From the NCBI GenBank assembly GCA_905233855.1, contig CAJOGA010000007.1:1-48425 (forward strand): a stretch of 48,425 nucleotides of DNA. The letters are read 5' to 3'. The notes below the pieces were generated by a model, which did no database searches, was not told where the DNA came from, and saw only the letters and a list, made by a program, of their open reading frames with translations. The stretch comes from an uncultured Clostridia bacterium (GTDB lineage: Bacteria; Bacillota; Clostridia; UBA1381; CAJOGA01). Positions 38,039 through 47,593 of this stretch are shown piece after piece (within the stretch, counting starts at the first letter, position 1; each line of letters opens with the position of its first letter). Made by a program: the position numbers and the translations under genes.

Positions 38039-41000
38039 ATGAAAAAATTTAAAAAAGCAGTTGCATTAACATTGACCGCAGCAATGCTTATTGCAGCTAC
38101 AGCATGCACAAACAGTTCATCAGAGCCGAAAACGACCTACACTGATGAAGAACGCAAAGAAATAAACAGCTATGCACGTGTTTTGATACCTGAAGACGTG
38201 TCTGACGATGCGGCAATAAAAGAACGTATAACAAAAACGTATGCCGATGTCAACGACACCGTGTATGAGTATCCGGTGTATGTTTTAAAGGAGTTCGGCA
38301 TAATGTCGGGCGAAAACGACACAACATTCGGTGTTGATACGCAGATAACGGCAGGCGAATTTCTGGAAATCGTCAAAAAAGCGTTTGATACAAACGAGTT
38401 TAAAACGTCGGTGTATAATGATTTATCGGCAGACCCTTCCAAAACAATAACCGACATGCAGGCCACCGCAATTATTCTTTCCGCCTTGGGATATGACGAA
38501 GACGCTCAAAAAGCCGGCGGATACCCGTCAGGCTACAGAGATGTCGGCAACAAGCTTTGCGTATCACGCGGTTTGAACGTATACGAATCCGACACCGCAA
38601 CACGCGGTCTTGTCGCAATGCTGATGTATAACGCGGTTGGCACGGAAATAAAATCCACCGGAAAATCACTGTTTGAAAACAAATACAGAAAAACAATACA
38701 AAACGTGTTGACGGAAAACGATATACAATATTTGCTGCAGGACAACTTCTATTACCGTGTCGAAGCATACAATGTATATATGAGAAAAGGTGTGTCGCCT
38801 TTACAGATAACAAGTTTTCTGCTCGATTTGTTTGAAAACGGTACAAGAGAACAGAAAAAGCGTGCCGCAAGAGCACTTTCCGATAAAAGCTATTTCAAAA
38901 AGAAGAGCGAAAACTTGTATGTAACATTAAGTCAGATAGGCTTAAGCTCCAGACTTGCAACCGCCAACCTGATGAGCGCATTGAAAAACGAAAAGGAAAA
39001 CATAGAAGTCAGAATCTATGCTTTACGTGCAATATGGATGATGAATATAGACGACATAATTCCTATGGAATACTGGATACTTGCTCTCCGTCCGGAAACA
39101 TTGTCGTATTCACAAATGCTTTTGAACAAAGCAAGCGACAAGCTTGAAATGACAAACACCGAAGAATCGGTAAATGCATTGATAAAAGCCCTGCAAAACC
39201 CTAACAGAGAGGTTGTTATCCGTGCTATCGACACTTTGAACCGCAAGGCGAAAAATGTTGATTTGGTTGAAAAGGCTAAAGACGCAATACCCGAACTTAA
39301 AAAGCTGCTTAAAAATAAAGACACAACAATAGCACACCAGGCGGCTGTGGCTGTCAACACCTTCGGTGAAGAAGCCGATCTGCCGGACATGAAAAAAGCA
39401 GGTGCTTTTCCTGCCAAAGACGGAAAATCCGAGCTTAAAGTTGTGAAAGCTGACGATTTGAAAATAGTGATAGACAACGGTATATTTGAAGTTACCTTCG
39501 ACGCAAAAGGCAATCAGGGCAGCGGCGGATTCAGCAGCTTAAAAGTACATTCCAACGCCGATTACAACCTTGTCAAGCAAAACGACGTCAGCTGGAAACA
39601 GACCGACAAGCCGGACAGAAGCGGTTATTCCAGAGATATAGCAATTGTTGAACAGACAGACGATGTTATTGAAGTATCTTGCAAATTCCCGCATAACGAG
39701 ATATGGTCATACGATCTCGATTTCAGATACCGTATCATGAAAGGCGAAAGCAAGATATACGAATACATTATCCTTGAACAGCCGGAAGACGGCTTCGGAA
39801 CAGGAACAGGACAGCTCCAGGGCCTGATCCACATGAGAATAGACAAAGCAATTTACGATTACAACATCTCAAGCGAAAAATTGCTCGGTCAGAAATTATC
39901 AAATCCTACATACGGCACAACCCCAAACAACGAAAAAGCCGTTGTTGAACAGGCAACCGATTTGGGAACAAGCGGTGAGGTTGAAGGTAAGTTCATATGG
40001 TGGCAAGGCAGTGCCGACACCCGTTTCTCAGGTCATGTAAGCAATATGCTCAAGCTCGGATTTTGGCAGTTGTATCCAAGCTACGAATCCTTCCCGGGAA
40101 ACACACTAAGAACAAACCTTAACGAAATAACAATGGATATGTCATCACTGTACATAGAGTCGCAATACTTCGACTGGACAGGATTCCAACTCCCTGCCGG
40201 CAGATATACAAAAGTATATTGTCCGTGGGTATGGTATATAAACACCGGCGACAGCATGATAGATATGATGGAAGACGCCAAAGCTCAGCTTGCAAAGGAA
40301 GAGGCAATGTATCCGTATGAATGGGTAGACAGCGATCATTACTATGACCGCGGCGATGTAACGGGTAAAGTTGTTATGGCGGACGGCACATCGGCAAAAG
40401 GTGCGTATGTAATGGTCAACGTATACGGCGGCAGAGAAGATTCTACAGACGACAAGGGCGTGTTCCACAAAGGTTTTGCTCCTCAATGGCAGCAAAACAA
40501 AGGTCCTTACCACTACTGGACACGTATCGACAACGACGAAGGCGTATACGAAATTAAAGACGTCCATTCCGGCGAATACAATGTAACCGTATTTAAAGAC
40601 GGTTACACCGGAACCTTCTATCTGCCGGAAATGATAAAAGTTGAAAAAGGCAAAACCACAACAGTTGACACGGTTACCTTTGCAGACGCAAAACACGGCT
40701 CGCTTGCATGGAGAGTCGGCGAACCTACCGGCACATGGCTCTATGACGCCGAAGACGTTTACGACTTTGAATCTACTATAGAGCTTGAGGTAAGACATCC
40801 GCTCAATATTGTATACAAAGTTGATGAGGCAGACCCAAGATATGACTGGTATACATACGGCAGAGGTTATAAAGGTGCGGTACCTAACAAAATCATATTC
40901 AACAAAGACTCCTCCGTAACATCCGACGCATTGATAACCGTCGCAACCGGCAGCGTGCGTACAAATGTTACATTAGGCGTAAGAGTAAACGGATACGATG

Positions 41001-41227
41001 TGGGCGAATTCAAATATGAATACAACTACACAGACGACTCACAGTGTGCACGTACTTTTGCATACGGACGTTTACAGTATAATGAGTTCAGAGTTGACAA
41101 CTCTCTGCTCAAAGACGGCGAAAACGTTGTTGAAATAGAAATCAGAAACGACAGCGGATATTTCATATATGACTTTGTTCAAATGGAATATCTTGACGGC
41201 GGAGTATATGAACAGTCTTTAAATTAA
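38039..41227 (+). CDS. Lipoprotein paralogue of the 1472-aa protein: degenerate SLH-like modules, HEAT-like repeats, PL4-like C-terminal region
   Basis: ATG 38039 has AGGAGG 6 nt upstream. The leader MKKFKKAVALTLTAAMLIAATAC is lipobox-like. The protein aligns by eye with the 1472-aa protein (GGYPSGYRDVGNKLCVSRGLNV..ATRGLVA; EMTNTEESVNALIKALQNPNREVVIRAIDTLNRKA; YHYWTRIDNDEGVYEIKDVHSGEYNVTVFKDGYTG; LAWRVGEPTGTWLYD; YDFVQMEY). Confidence 0.8.
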   Translation: MKKFKKAVALTLTAAMLIAATACTNSSSEPKTTYTDEERKEINSYARVLIPEDVSDDAAIKERITKTYADVNDTVYEYPVYVLKEFGIMSGENDTTFGVDTQITAGEFLEIVKKAFDTNEFKTSVYNDLSADPSKTITDMQATAIILSALGYDEDAQKAGGYPSGYRDVGNKLCVSRGLNVYESDTATRGLVAMLMYNAVGTEIKSTGKSLFENKYRKTIQNVLTENDIQYLLQDNFYYRVEAYNVYMRKGVSPLQITSFLLDLFENGTREQKKRAARALSDKSYFKKKSENLYVTLSQIGLSSRLATANLMSALKNEKENIEVRIYALRAIWMMNIDDIIPMEYWILALRPETLSYSQMLLNKASDKLEMTNTEESVNALIKALQNPNREVVIRAIDTLNRKAKNVDLVEKAKDAIPELKKLLKNKDTTIAHQAAVAVNTFGEEADLPDMKKAGAFPAKDGKSELKVVKADDLKIVIDNGIFEVTFDAKGNQGSGGFSSLKVHSNADYNLVKQNDVSWKQTDKPDRSGYSRDIAIVEQTDDVIEVSCKFPHNEIWSYDLDFRYRIMKGESKIYEYIILEQPEDGFGTGTGQLQGLIHMRIDKAIYDYNISSEKLLGQKLSNPTYGTTPNNEKAVVEQATDLGTSGEVEGKFIWWQGSADTRFSGHVSNMLKLGFWQLYPSYESFPGNTLRTNLNEITMDMSSLYIESQYFDWTGFQLPAGRYTKVYCPWVWYINTGDSMIDMMEDAKAQLAKEEAMYPYEWVDSDHYYDRGDVTGKVVMADGTSAKGAYVMVNVYGGREDSTDDKGVFHKGFAPQWQQNKGPYHYWTRIDNDEGVYEIKDVHSGEYNVTVFKDGYTGTFYLPEMIKVEKGKTTTVDTVTFADAKHGSLAWRVGEPTGTWLYDAEDVYDFESTIELEVRHPLNIVYKVDEADPRYDWYTYGRGYKGAVPNKIIFNKDSSVTSDALITVATGSVRTNVTLGVRVNGYDVGEFKYEYNYTDDSQCARTFAYGRLQYNEFRVDNSLLKDGENVVEIEIRNDSGYFIYDFVQMEYLDGGVYEQSLN

Positions 41228-41235
41228 TGTAATTT

Positions 41236-41289
41236 AAGGATTTTAGCAAAATGATTCAATAATCTTTTGCTAAAATCCTTTTTGTTTTT
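41236..41289 (+). terminator. Intrinsic terminator
   Basis: AAGGATTTTAGCAAAA pairs with TTTTGCTAAAATCCTT (16 bp perfect) and is followed by TTTGTTTTT. Confidence 0.85.
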
Positions 41290-41359
41290 AATTCCTTGTG
41301 TTTAAACAAATAATATATGTGAAATTTGTAAAAAAAAGCAGAATTTTTAAATGTTTTTA

Positions 41360-41388
41360 TTGTAGTTTGCAACATAATATGATATTAT
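41360..41388 (+). promoter_or_regulatory. Candidate promoter for the 41.4-kb SLH protein gene
   Basis: TTGTAG (41360-41365), 17-nt spacer, TGaTATTAT (41383-41388). Confidence 0.4.
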
Positions 41389-41446
41389 ATAGTTGTGAAT
41401 ATAAAAAAACATGGCAATTATGTTTTTTATCGGGAGGAATGTTTTT

Positions 41447-43279
41447 ATGAAAAAGAAAGTATTGTCTACCATTGCTGTATTGCTGTCATTTATAGTTATG
41501 GCACAATCCGCTCTTGCCGTTAACTTCTCCGACCTTACCAAGGAATGGGATTGGGCAAGCGATTATATCTATGAAATGGCAGATATGGGCATCATAACCG
41601 GCTATCCGGACGGCACTTTTATGCCTCAAAAGAGCGTTACCAATCAAGAGGCTATTGCTCTGTTCGCACGTGTTATGGGTAGTTCGGACGAAATGAACAG
41701 CGAAATAGTTGATTTGGCTTATGAAATGTATGCAGACGACCTCGAAAAATATGATACATACGCAGAAAAAGAAGTTGCATTCCTTCTGTACAGAGGCGTG
41801 CTTAAAATTTCCGAACTGGAAAAATACATAGGTAAATCCACTAAAAACGAGCCTCTTAAAAGATACGAAGCAGCTGTGCTTATAACAAAGATATTCGGTG
41901 CGGAGGACGAAGTTAAATCCAGCATTATGATAGACCTTAACTTTGCCGACACATCGGATATTCCTATAGATTATCGCGGATATGTTCATTTTGCAAATGA
42001 AAAGGGCATAATGCAGGGCATGGGCGACAATATATTTTCACCTTTGACCGATGTAAGGCGAAGTGAAATTGCCGTTATGCTTTACAAGGTTATGAAACAG
42101 CTTGATTACACATATATAACATCAGTGTTGACCTCGTTTGACGCTGTGGCAAGAAACATAACCATAAAGGACGAAGATTCACAAGCTACTTTGATAGGCG
42201 TAAGCCGCGATGTTATATACCGTGTTGAAGGTAGTTTGACGCAATTAAAAGACCTTCCGACAGGCGTTGAAGCTCTTATAACATTCTCCGGAGACTCGGT
42301 TGCCTTTGTGGATATTACCGTTGCTACGCCGGATGAGACAATAACCGGTCTTTTCAGCGGATATTCAAGCAAAAACGGCGTTGTATCTATCGACGTTTAT
42401 CCTATGGACGGAACTGCCAAAGATTCCGTAACATACAAGCTTGCAGACAATGTTTCATTCAGATATGACAATTCCCCTGCAACCATACGTTCCTTCTCTT
42501 CGGGCGATGTTGTAAGTGTCGAAACTAAAAAAGGCTTGGTAACACTGTTGGAAGGCAAAGCAAAAACAACAAAAATAACCGATGCAACAATAGAAGAAAT
42601 TGTGATAGATAAAGTATCCACAATTAAAATCTCTCACCCGCTTAAAGAATATGACGGAATGGTTATTACTTTGGGCGACACCGTAAGCGTTATAAGAAAC
42701 GATGACAAAGCAACCTTGGCAAATATCGTTGTCGGCGATAAAGGCACATTAACCCTTGAATATGACGCTGTAACAGCTATCAATGTTAAATCGGTTAAAA
42801 CCACAGTAAACGGTTCGATAGAAGCAATCAATATTTCCAAATCACCTTCCGTAACCATAAACGTTGACGGCAAAGAGTATGAATATTCCTTCTCCAGAGA
42901 CACCGTTATCACTCTTGACTCAAAAGAATCTGACATATACGACTTGCGTTTGGGTTATAACGTTAAAGTCAACCTGGACGGACAAACAGTTACAAAGATA
43001 GAATCGCAGACAGTTGTTAGTTCGTTACAAAAAATGGGCGTTGTTGAAGCAACAAACACCAGTCTCAACACCTTGATAATGAACGTTGCAGACAGCTATG
43101 GCGGCTACACTCAGGAAACTGTTTATGTTAAGAACACGGTTACGGTTGTTAACGGTTCAACCGGTGCATCTATGAAGTTCTCGGATGTTAAAGAAGGACA
43201 AACCATAATGGTAACAGGCGTTATGAACGGCGTGTTCTTCCAGGCTAACACAATCATAATAATGCCGTCGATAGACTGA
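41447..43279 (+). CDS. SLH-domain cell-surface protein (three N-terminal SLH repeats plus a beta-rich C-terminal region; S-layer-type)
   Basis: ATG 41447 has GGGAGG 9 nt upstream. Signal peptide MKKKVLSTIAVLLSFIVMAQSALA. SLH motifs (FSDLTKEWDWASDYIYEMADMGIITGYPDGTFMP; FADTSDIPIDYRGYVHFANEKGIMQGMGDNIFSP). Confidence 0.8.
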   Translation: MKKKVLSTIAVLLSFIVMAQSALAVNFSDLTKEWDWASDYIYEMADMGIITGYPDGTFMPQKSVTNQEAIALFARVMGSSDEMNSEIVDLAYEMYADDLEKYDTYAEKEVAFLLYRGVLKISELEKYIGKSTKNEPLKRYEAAVLITKIFGAEDEVKSSIMIDLNFADTSDIPIDYRGYVHFANEKGIMQGMGDNIFSPLTDVRRSEIAVMLYKVMKQLDYTYITSVLTSFDAVARNITIKDEDSQATLIGVSRDVIYRVEGSLTQLKDLPTGVEALITFSGDSVAFVDITVATPDETITGLFSGYSSKNGVVSIDVYPMDGTAKDSVTYKLADNVSFRYDNSPATIRSFSSGDVVSVETKKGLVTLLEGKAKTTKITDATIEEIVIDKVSTIKISHPLKEYDGMVITLGDTVSVIRNDDKATLANIVVGDKGTLTLEYDAVTAINVKSVKTTVNGSIEAINISKSPSVTINVDGKEYEYSFSRDTVITLDSKESDIYDLRLGYNVKVNLDGQTVTKIESQTVVSSLQKMGVVEATNTSLNTLIMNVADSYGGYTQETVYVKNTVTVVNGSTGASMKFSDVKEGQTIMVTGVMNGVFFQANTIIIMPSID

Positions 43280-43304
43280 TAAAAAATCAATAATTGACAG
43301 TCTG

Positions 43305-43332
43305 ATGGGCACAGGTTAAAACCTGTGCCCAT
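43305..43332. terminator. Hairpin terminator at the junction between the surface island and the holin operon
   Basis: ATGGGCACAGGT-taaa-ACCTGTGCCCAT (12 bp perfect), followed by TTAAATT on the plus strand. Confidence 0.75.
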
Positions 43333-43381
43333 TTAAATTGCCTGTATTATATCTTAAAAATACGCAAAACGGTTTTCGTTA

Positions 43382-45067
43382 TTATTGCGAATCCATCACG
43401 CGTATCATTCTGGAACTGTATCCGCCCTTATATGCACATAAGTCGCCTTCATCAAGCTCCAACAGCTTAACTGCGTCCCAGAACTGTTCGCTGCTCATAT
43501 TTGACTCAACAAGATATGTCAGCGTATCGGAACGTCTTTTCAAATATGCCAGATCTCTCGGTTCCTTCGACATTATATACACATTTTTATATCCGTTTAA
43601 CATAACATACGCATTGTCTATGTATTGTTTGTACATAGAGGCTGACAACGAAGTTGATCGCGGGCGGTTCATTATGGCCTTTATCTCGTCCTGACTCAAA
43701 TCTCTGTCGGGTATTCTGAAGCCGTTATCCGAATTGGACGCTGTTGTTTTGACACTGCCGGACGACGATGAAGATGACGATGAAGATGAACGCGACGCCG
43801 ATGACGACGCTCTTGTGTTAGCCTCAAGGCTCGCTTTCTTTTCCAACAATTCTTTGTCTGTTTCCTTTTGAAGATTCATAACCTCCAGCTTGTTTGCCTG
43901 ATCCTGCAAGGCCTTTTTAACCTCGTATGTAGGTGTGCCTTTAGGCAAGCCTATAACCTCTGCAACCTGGTCGCTGTACACTTCGCCGAACATATCCACA
44001 AACGTTATAAGATTTTTGATTTTATCCTGTTCCTCTTTATATTCCTGTTCACGCTGTGCCTGATTCAGACTTGTTTGAGTAGCCGCCCAATTTCTGTCCG
44101 ATTCGAGGTTCTTAAGTGCCGCTTCAGCTGCATATCTTGCTTCGTCCCTGTTTATGGCGTCTATTTCCTGCTTTGTTGCATTCTTAACCTCATTGGCTTT
44201 ATTAATGCCTGATATTATGTCGTTATTAACACCGTATTCCCTATCAAAAGCCGAATTGCTAAGATTGATAAGGTTTTGCAGCGTCTTACCTTTCATGTCG
44301 TAATCTGCGGCATAACGTTCATACGCATTATTCGCAAGCTCTCCCAAACGTCCCATTAAAGCGTCGTCCCACTCGCGTTTTGCCATTGCACCTGCAGTTA
44401 CGGCATTGCTTGTTGCCATTCCGGAATTTAACGCTCCTGCAGTACCCATGGCATCCTCCATGGCTTTGTTGCCGCTTTTGCCGTATTGCTCTTTATATGC
44501 CGTAAACACAGGATCGGTATCGGGATCGTATTCAAACGACTTGCGGTTTGTAAGCTCTTTGATTAAATCGTCAATTTTGGTGCCGTATTTGTCGCTGTAT
44601 TTTTGGTAAATATCCCATCTGTTCTTTACGCCGTTGTCCTCGGCTATCTGCTGCACAATACTGTCCGCCGTCTTTTTGTTAATATATGAATTTCCGTTTT
44701 GGCTGACATAATCAGGCGATACGATGTGTCCGCCGACGGTAACGTTGGAATTATCCCAATCCACATCCAGATTAAGACCTAACGCTCCGCCTGCCGTTGC
44801 AAGGTAATCTCTTGTTTTAACAGACGATTCCATGGTAGGCGTTTTATATTTTGAAGGATCAAAATTGCCGCTTATAACATTGTTCAGATCCTCGCCTCCC
44901 CATGCGGCGTTCAGCTGATTACGCCATGTAACCGCCTGCATATTTTCAGGATTTTTTGCCAAAACAGCATTGACACGATCCATCTCCTGCTTATAAAGCG
45001 ACGCGTCCTTTGCAAAATATTCCAGCTGTTTTTCCCACGGTAATTCTCTAACAGCATTAAGAGTCAT
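43382..45067 (-). CDS. Unknown leaderless protein, last gene of the holin operon (coiled-coil/Gln-Asn-rich centre, poly-Ser linker, unknown C-terminal domain)
   Basis: Long ORF. ATG 45067 (MTLNAVRE) has AAAGGA 8 nt upstream. It contains LNLDVDWDNSNVTVGGHIV, a stalk-like motif, and a 10-residue Ser run (SSSSSSSSSS) within a Ser-rich linker. No signal peptide or catalytic motif was recognised. Confidence 0.6.
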   Translation of the reverse strand: MTLNAVRELPWEKQLEYFAKDASLYKQEMDRVNAVLAKNPENMQAVTWRNQLNAAWGGEDLNNVISGNFDPSKYKTPTMESSVKTRDYLATAGGALGLNLDVDWDNSNVTVGGHIVSPDYVSQNGNSYINKKTADSIVQQIAEDNGVKNRWDIYQKYSDKYGTKIDDLIKELTNRKSFEYDPDTDPVFTAYKEQYGKSGNKAMEDAMGTAGALNSGMATSNAVTAGAMAKREWDDALMGRLGELANNAYERYAADYDMKGKTLQNLINLSNSAFDREYGVNNDIISGINKANEVKNATKQEIDAINRDEARYAAEAALKNLESDRNWAATQTSLNQAQREQEYKEEQDKIKNLITFVDMFGEVYSDQVAEVIGLPKGTPTYEVKKALQDQANKLEVMNLQKETDKELLEKKASLEANTRASSSASRSSSSSSSSSSGSVKTTASNSDNGFRIPDRDLSQDEIKAIMNRPRSTSLSASMYKQYIDNAYVMLNGYKNVYIMSKEPRDLAYLKRRSDTLTYLVESNMSSEQFWDAVKLLELDEGDLCAYKGGYSSRMIRVMDSQ

Positions 45068-45082
45068 ATAAACCATCCTTTC

Positions 45083-46798
45083 TTATTTCTTTGTATACAC
45101 TATCTGTATTTTGTTCAAGCTGAATTTGCCGCTGCCTTTAATTATGATTTTAAAGCTGTCGCAACGCCGTATACGTATGGGGATATTGTGTACACGTTTC
45201 AGTCCTCCGCTGATTTTGCAACACTCTAATGTGATTCTGCCGTCGTAACACAGTTCTATCTCCGCCTGCGAATTTGCCTCAATTTCCATATCGATACAAA
45301 CCTTGTTCACAATCTTTTTGTCCACACAGTATGAAAAATCCTTTGTAACACATTCCCATTGCACGGTCTCATCACCCAACTCGGTTTCTGTCAAAAAAAG
45401 CGCGTCATCGGTAAGTGCAAACATCATATCCTCTATTTTAACAAAGCACTTAACATCCGTTTCGTCATACATAAGCCAATTTTTCAAAGCTGTGTCATAC
45501 ACATACAGCATTGCTTCGCCGCCTGCAGATTTTGCCGACAGATAATATTTTTTATCAAAAGAGACGCCTGCCGCACAAACTATGTCTTTATCGGGCAATA
45601 TCTTCTGCGATATTTCTATCGGCTCCGCTCCGTTATACACGCTGACACCTCCGTTATCGGTAAAAAACAAAACTCCGCTTATCTGTGCAATACTGTTGCC
45701 GTCGCTGCAGCCGCCGTTCACTGCATACGGGATTTGGAAGTTGGAAGGCTTGTCGCCGTACACCTCATATATATAATTTTTCTTAAATGCCACAACGTGG
45801 TTTTCATACGATGTTATCGCCGTAAATTCATCGTCTGTGGCTATGAGTGCCCACCAGCTGTCTGTGCTTATGCCGGAAAACGAATTGAAATTGCTGAAAT
45901 CGCCGAGCTTGGACGCATATATGTACTTGCCGTCCCGCGATGTTCCCCACAGGCGATTGTTGTGCACGCACACATGCGACATGTCCGGAATATACTTTTC
46001 AATTTTAATCTGTACCGATTCGGTGTACCTGTCCGACGTACCTGTGTCAAACTTCATACAAGCTCCCAAAGCATTGTAACACGACACCTTCATTTCGTTA
46101 TCCGAAACATCCTCCACAATTACCGATACAATGTCGTCTGTGTCGGAGCTGTTTATTCTGGCAGAGGTTTTTACGGTGTTGTTTTTCTGCTTGGTGCAAC
46201 CCGATATGACAATGCTGTCGCCTTTTTTAAACAAGGTGTCCCACGTGCCGCTCGGCCGCGTTACGGTGTTGGTTATAAATCCGGAGGACGACTCTGTCGA
46301 TTTAAAACTTATTGATCTTGCCTGAAACACGTCCGACATACTTTTTAAAACAGGCTCTCCGTCCGATAAATCGCAGCAAAGCTTGTCGGGGAAAATATAC
46401 AACATATTGTTAAAGCATATAACATCATTTGCTTCAAGCTCATATTCCTCATCACCGTCTTTTTGTACCAAAGCCCCGTTATAATAAAGCCTGTGGTACG
46501 CAACGGCGGCAATAGTGTCGTCTATAACCAATTCACCGTCAGTGATAAAACCCGGATTCGGCTTTACCTGCAATATTTTCTGTATATCAGCAGGGGGTAT
46601 TATTTCGCCGGACGGTTCAAGCGTCATAACCGTTTCCATACGTTTTTTGCGTGGTGTAACGGACGGATATTCTCTAAGCGACAGATTTTTCAATTTGGAA
46701 AATTCGTTATCGGCAATTGTGTTGGTTTTGTTCAGACCCGAAAATGAATCTATCTCCAGTTTATTTGTTTTAACATTTTTAACAAATGGTTGAAACAT
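45083..46798 (-). CDS. Unknown beta-rich 571-aa protein (phage structural-like)
   Basis: GGAGG lies 5 nt upstream. The protein has no signal peptide. The N-terminus reads EIDSFSGLNKTNTIADNEFSKLKNLSLREYPSVTPRKKR and repeated beta-strand-like segments follow. It resembles virion proteins only loosely. Confidence 0.55.
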   Translation of the reverse strand: MFQPFVKNVKTNKLEIDSFSGLNKTNTIADNEFSKLKNLSLREYPSVTPRKKRMETVMTLEPSGEIIPPADIQKILQVKPNPGFITDGELVIDDTIAAVAYHRLYYNGALVQKDGDEEYELEANDVICFNNMLYIFPDKLCCDLSDGEPVLKSMSDVFQARSISFKSTESSSGFITNTVTRPSGTWDTLFKKGDSIVISGCTKQKNNTVKTSARINSSDTDDIVSVIVEDVSDNEMKVSCYNALGACMKFDTGTSDRYTESVQIKIEKYIPDMSHVCVHNNRLWGTSRDGKYIYASKLGDFSNFNSFSGISTDSWWALIATDDEFTAITSYENHVVAFKKNYIYEVYGDKPSNFQIPYAVNGGCSDGNSIAQISGVLFFTDNGGVSVYNGAEPIEISQKILPDKDIVCAAGVSFDKKYYLSAKSAGGEAMLYVYDTALKNWLMYDETDVKCFVKIEDMMFALTDDALFLTETELGDETVQWECVTKDFSYCVDKKIVNKVCIDMEIEANSQAEIELCYDGRITLECCKISGGLKRVHNIPIRIRRCDSFKIIIKGSGKFSLNKIQIVYTKK

Positions 46799-46828
46799 AT
46801 TTACCTCCGTTCTCTTTTGCGTTTAATC

Positions 46829-47593
46829 TCACCAAAACGAATGAAATCTTGCCCTGATGCTTAAAGGATTTGTCTGCTTATATGTTTTTTCGTAATTATC
46901 AAGCTTGGAATTGAACAATGCCATGTGCTGATTATACGCTTCAAAATCATTCTGATAAAATGCAAACTTACCCAACAGCCAGTCAACATACATAGTGTCA
47001 AACGGTGCACCGCATTCGGTTGAATCGTCCACCATACGCTTGATTATCACGTTCTGCTGTCCCTCTTTATCCGGTATCGGTTCCGATAAAGTGATAGTGT
47101 TTGAGTCTGTATCGATTTCATTTATCATTTTGAACAGCGTTGTGTCGTCAAAAAACAATATCAGAGTGTCGCCCGGTTCTAAAAGGTTTATCCTTCCGCC
47201 CTCCGGCAGCACAATAATATTATTATCACAGGTTATCTCGCCTTCGAAGATAAACTTGTTATAAGGCAGCGGTCTTGACAGATATGTTACGCGTACACCG
47301 TCTTTTGACTTGGTTGAAAGCTTTAATACACCGGGGGTTTTTATAATCTCGGTATCGGTTATATCAATTTTTTCATAAGGGACTTTGTTGCATTGCAAAA
47401 CAACAACGTCTTCCAGACTGATGTCATCCGGCAACACACACTCGTTCGATGTGCTTGATATGGATTTATATATCTTTTTCACCTGTGAACGCAACATACA
47501 GCTTAATTCATAGCACCAATCCAGCTTTTCGTCCAGCGTGAAGTGGTTCGGATAAAACGCATCGGCTCTGTTGATAACTTTTTCTATAGTCAT
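46829..47593 (-). CDS. Unknown 254-aa protein translationally coupled to the holin
   Basis: Its ATG overlaps the holin TAA (TAATG). It has no TM or signal peptide and no recognisable muramidase, amidase or peptidase motif. Confidence 0.55.
   Translation of the reverse strand: MTIEKVINRADAFYPNHFTLDEKLDWCYELSCMLRSQVKKIYKSISSTSNECVLPDDISLEDVVVLQCNKVPYEKIDITDTEIIKTPGVLKLSTKSKDGVRVTYLSRPLPYNKFIFEGEITCDNNIIVLPEGGRINLLEPGDTLILFFDDTTLFKMINEIDTDSNTITLSEPIPDKEGQQNVIIKRMVDDSTECGAPFDTMYVDWLLGKFAFYQNDFEAYNQHMALFNSKLDNYEKTYKQTNPLSIRARFHSFW

Noticed and set aside
40145-40798. 217-aa minus-strand ORF inside the lipoprotein paralogue
   Set aside because: It is antisense to a CDS whose product aligns along its length with the 1472-aa paralogue. 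Its composition is that of a shadow ORF.
45359-46315. 318-aa plus-strand ORF inside the 571-aa gene
   Set aside because: It is an antisense ORF rich in Cys, Arg, His and Phe with no RBS. The minus-strand gene has a GGAGG RBS and operon context.
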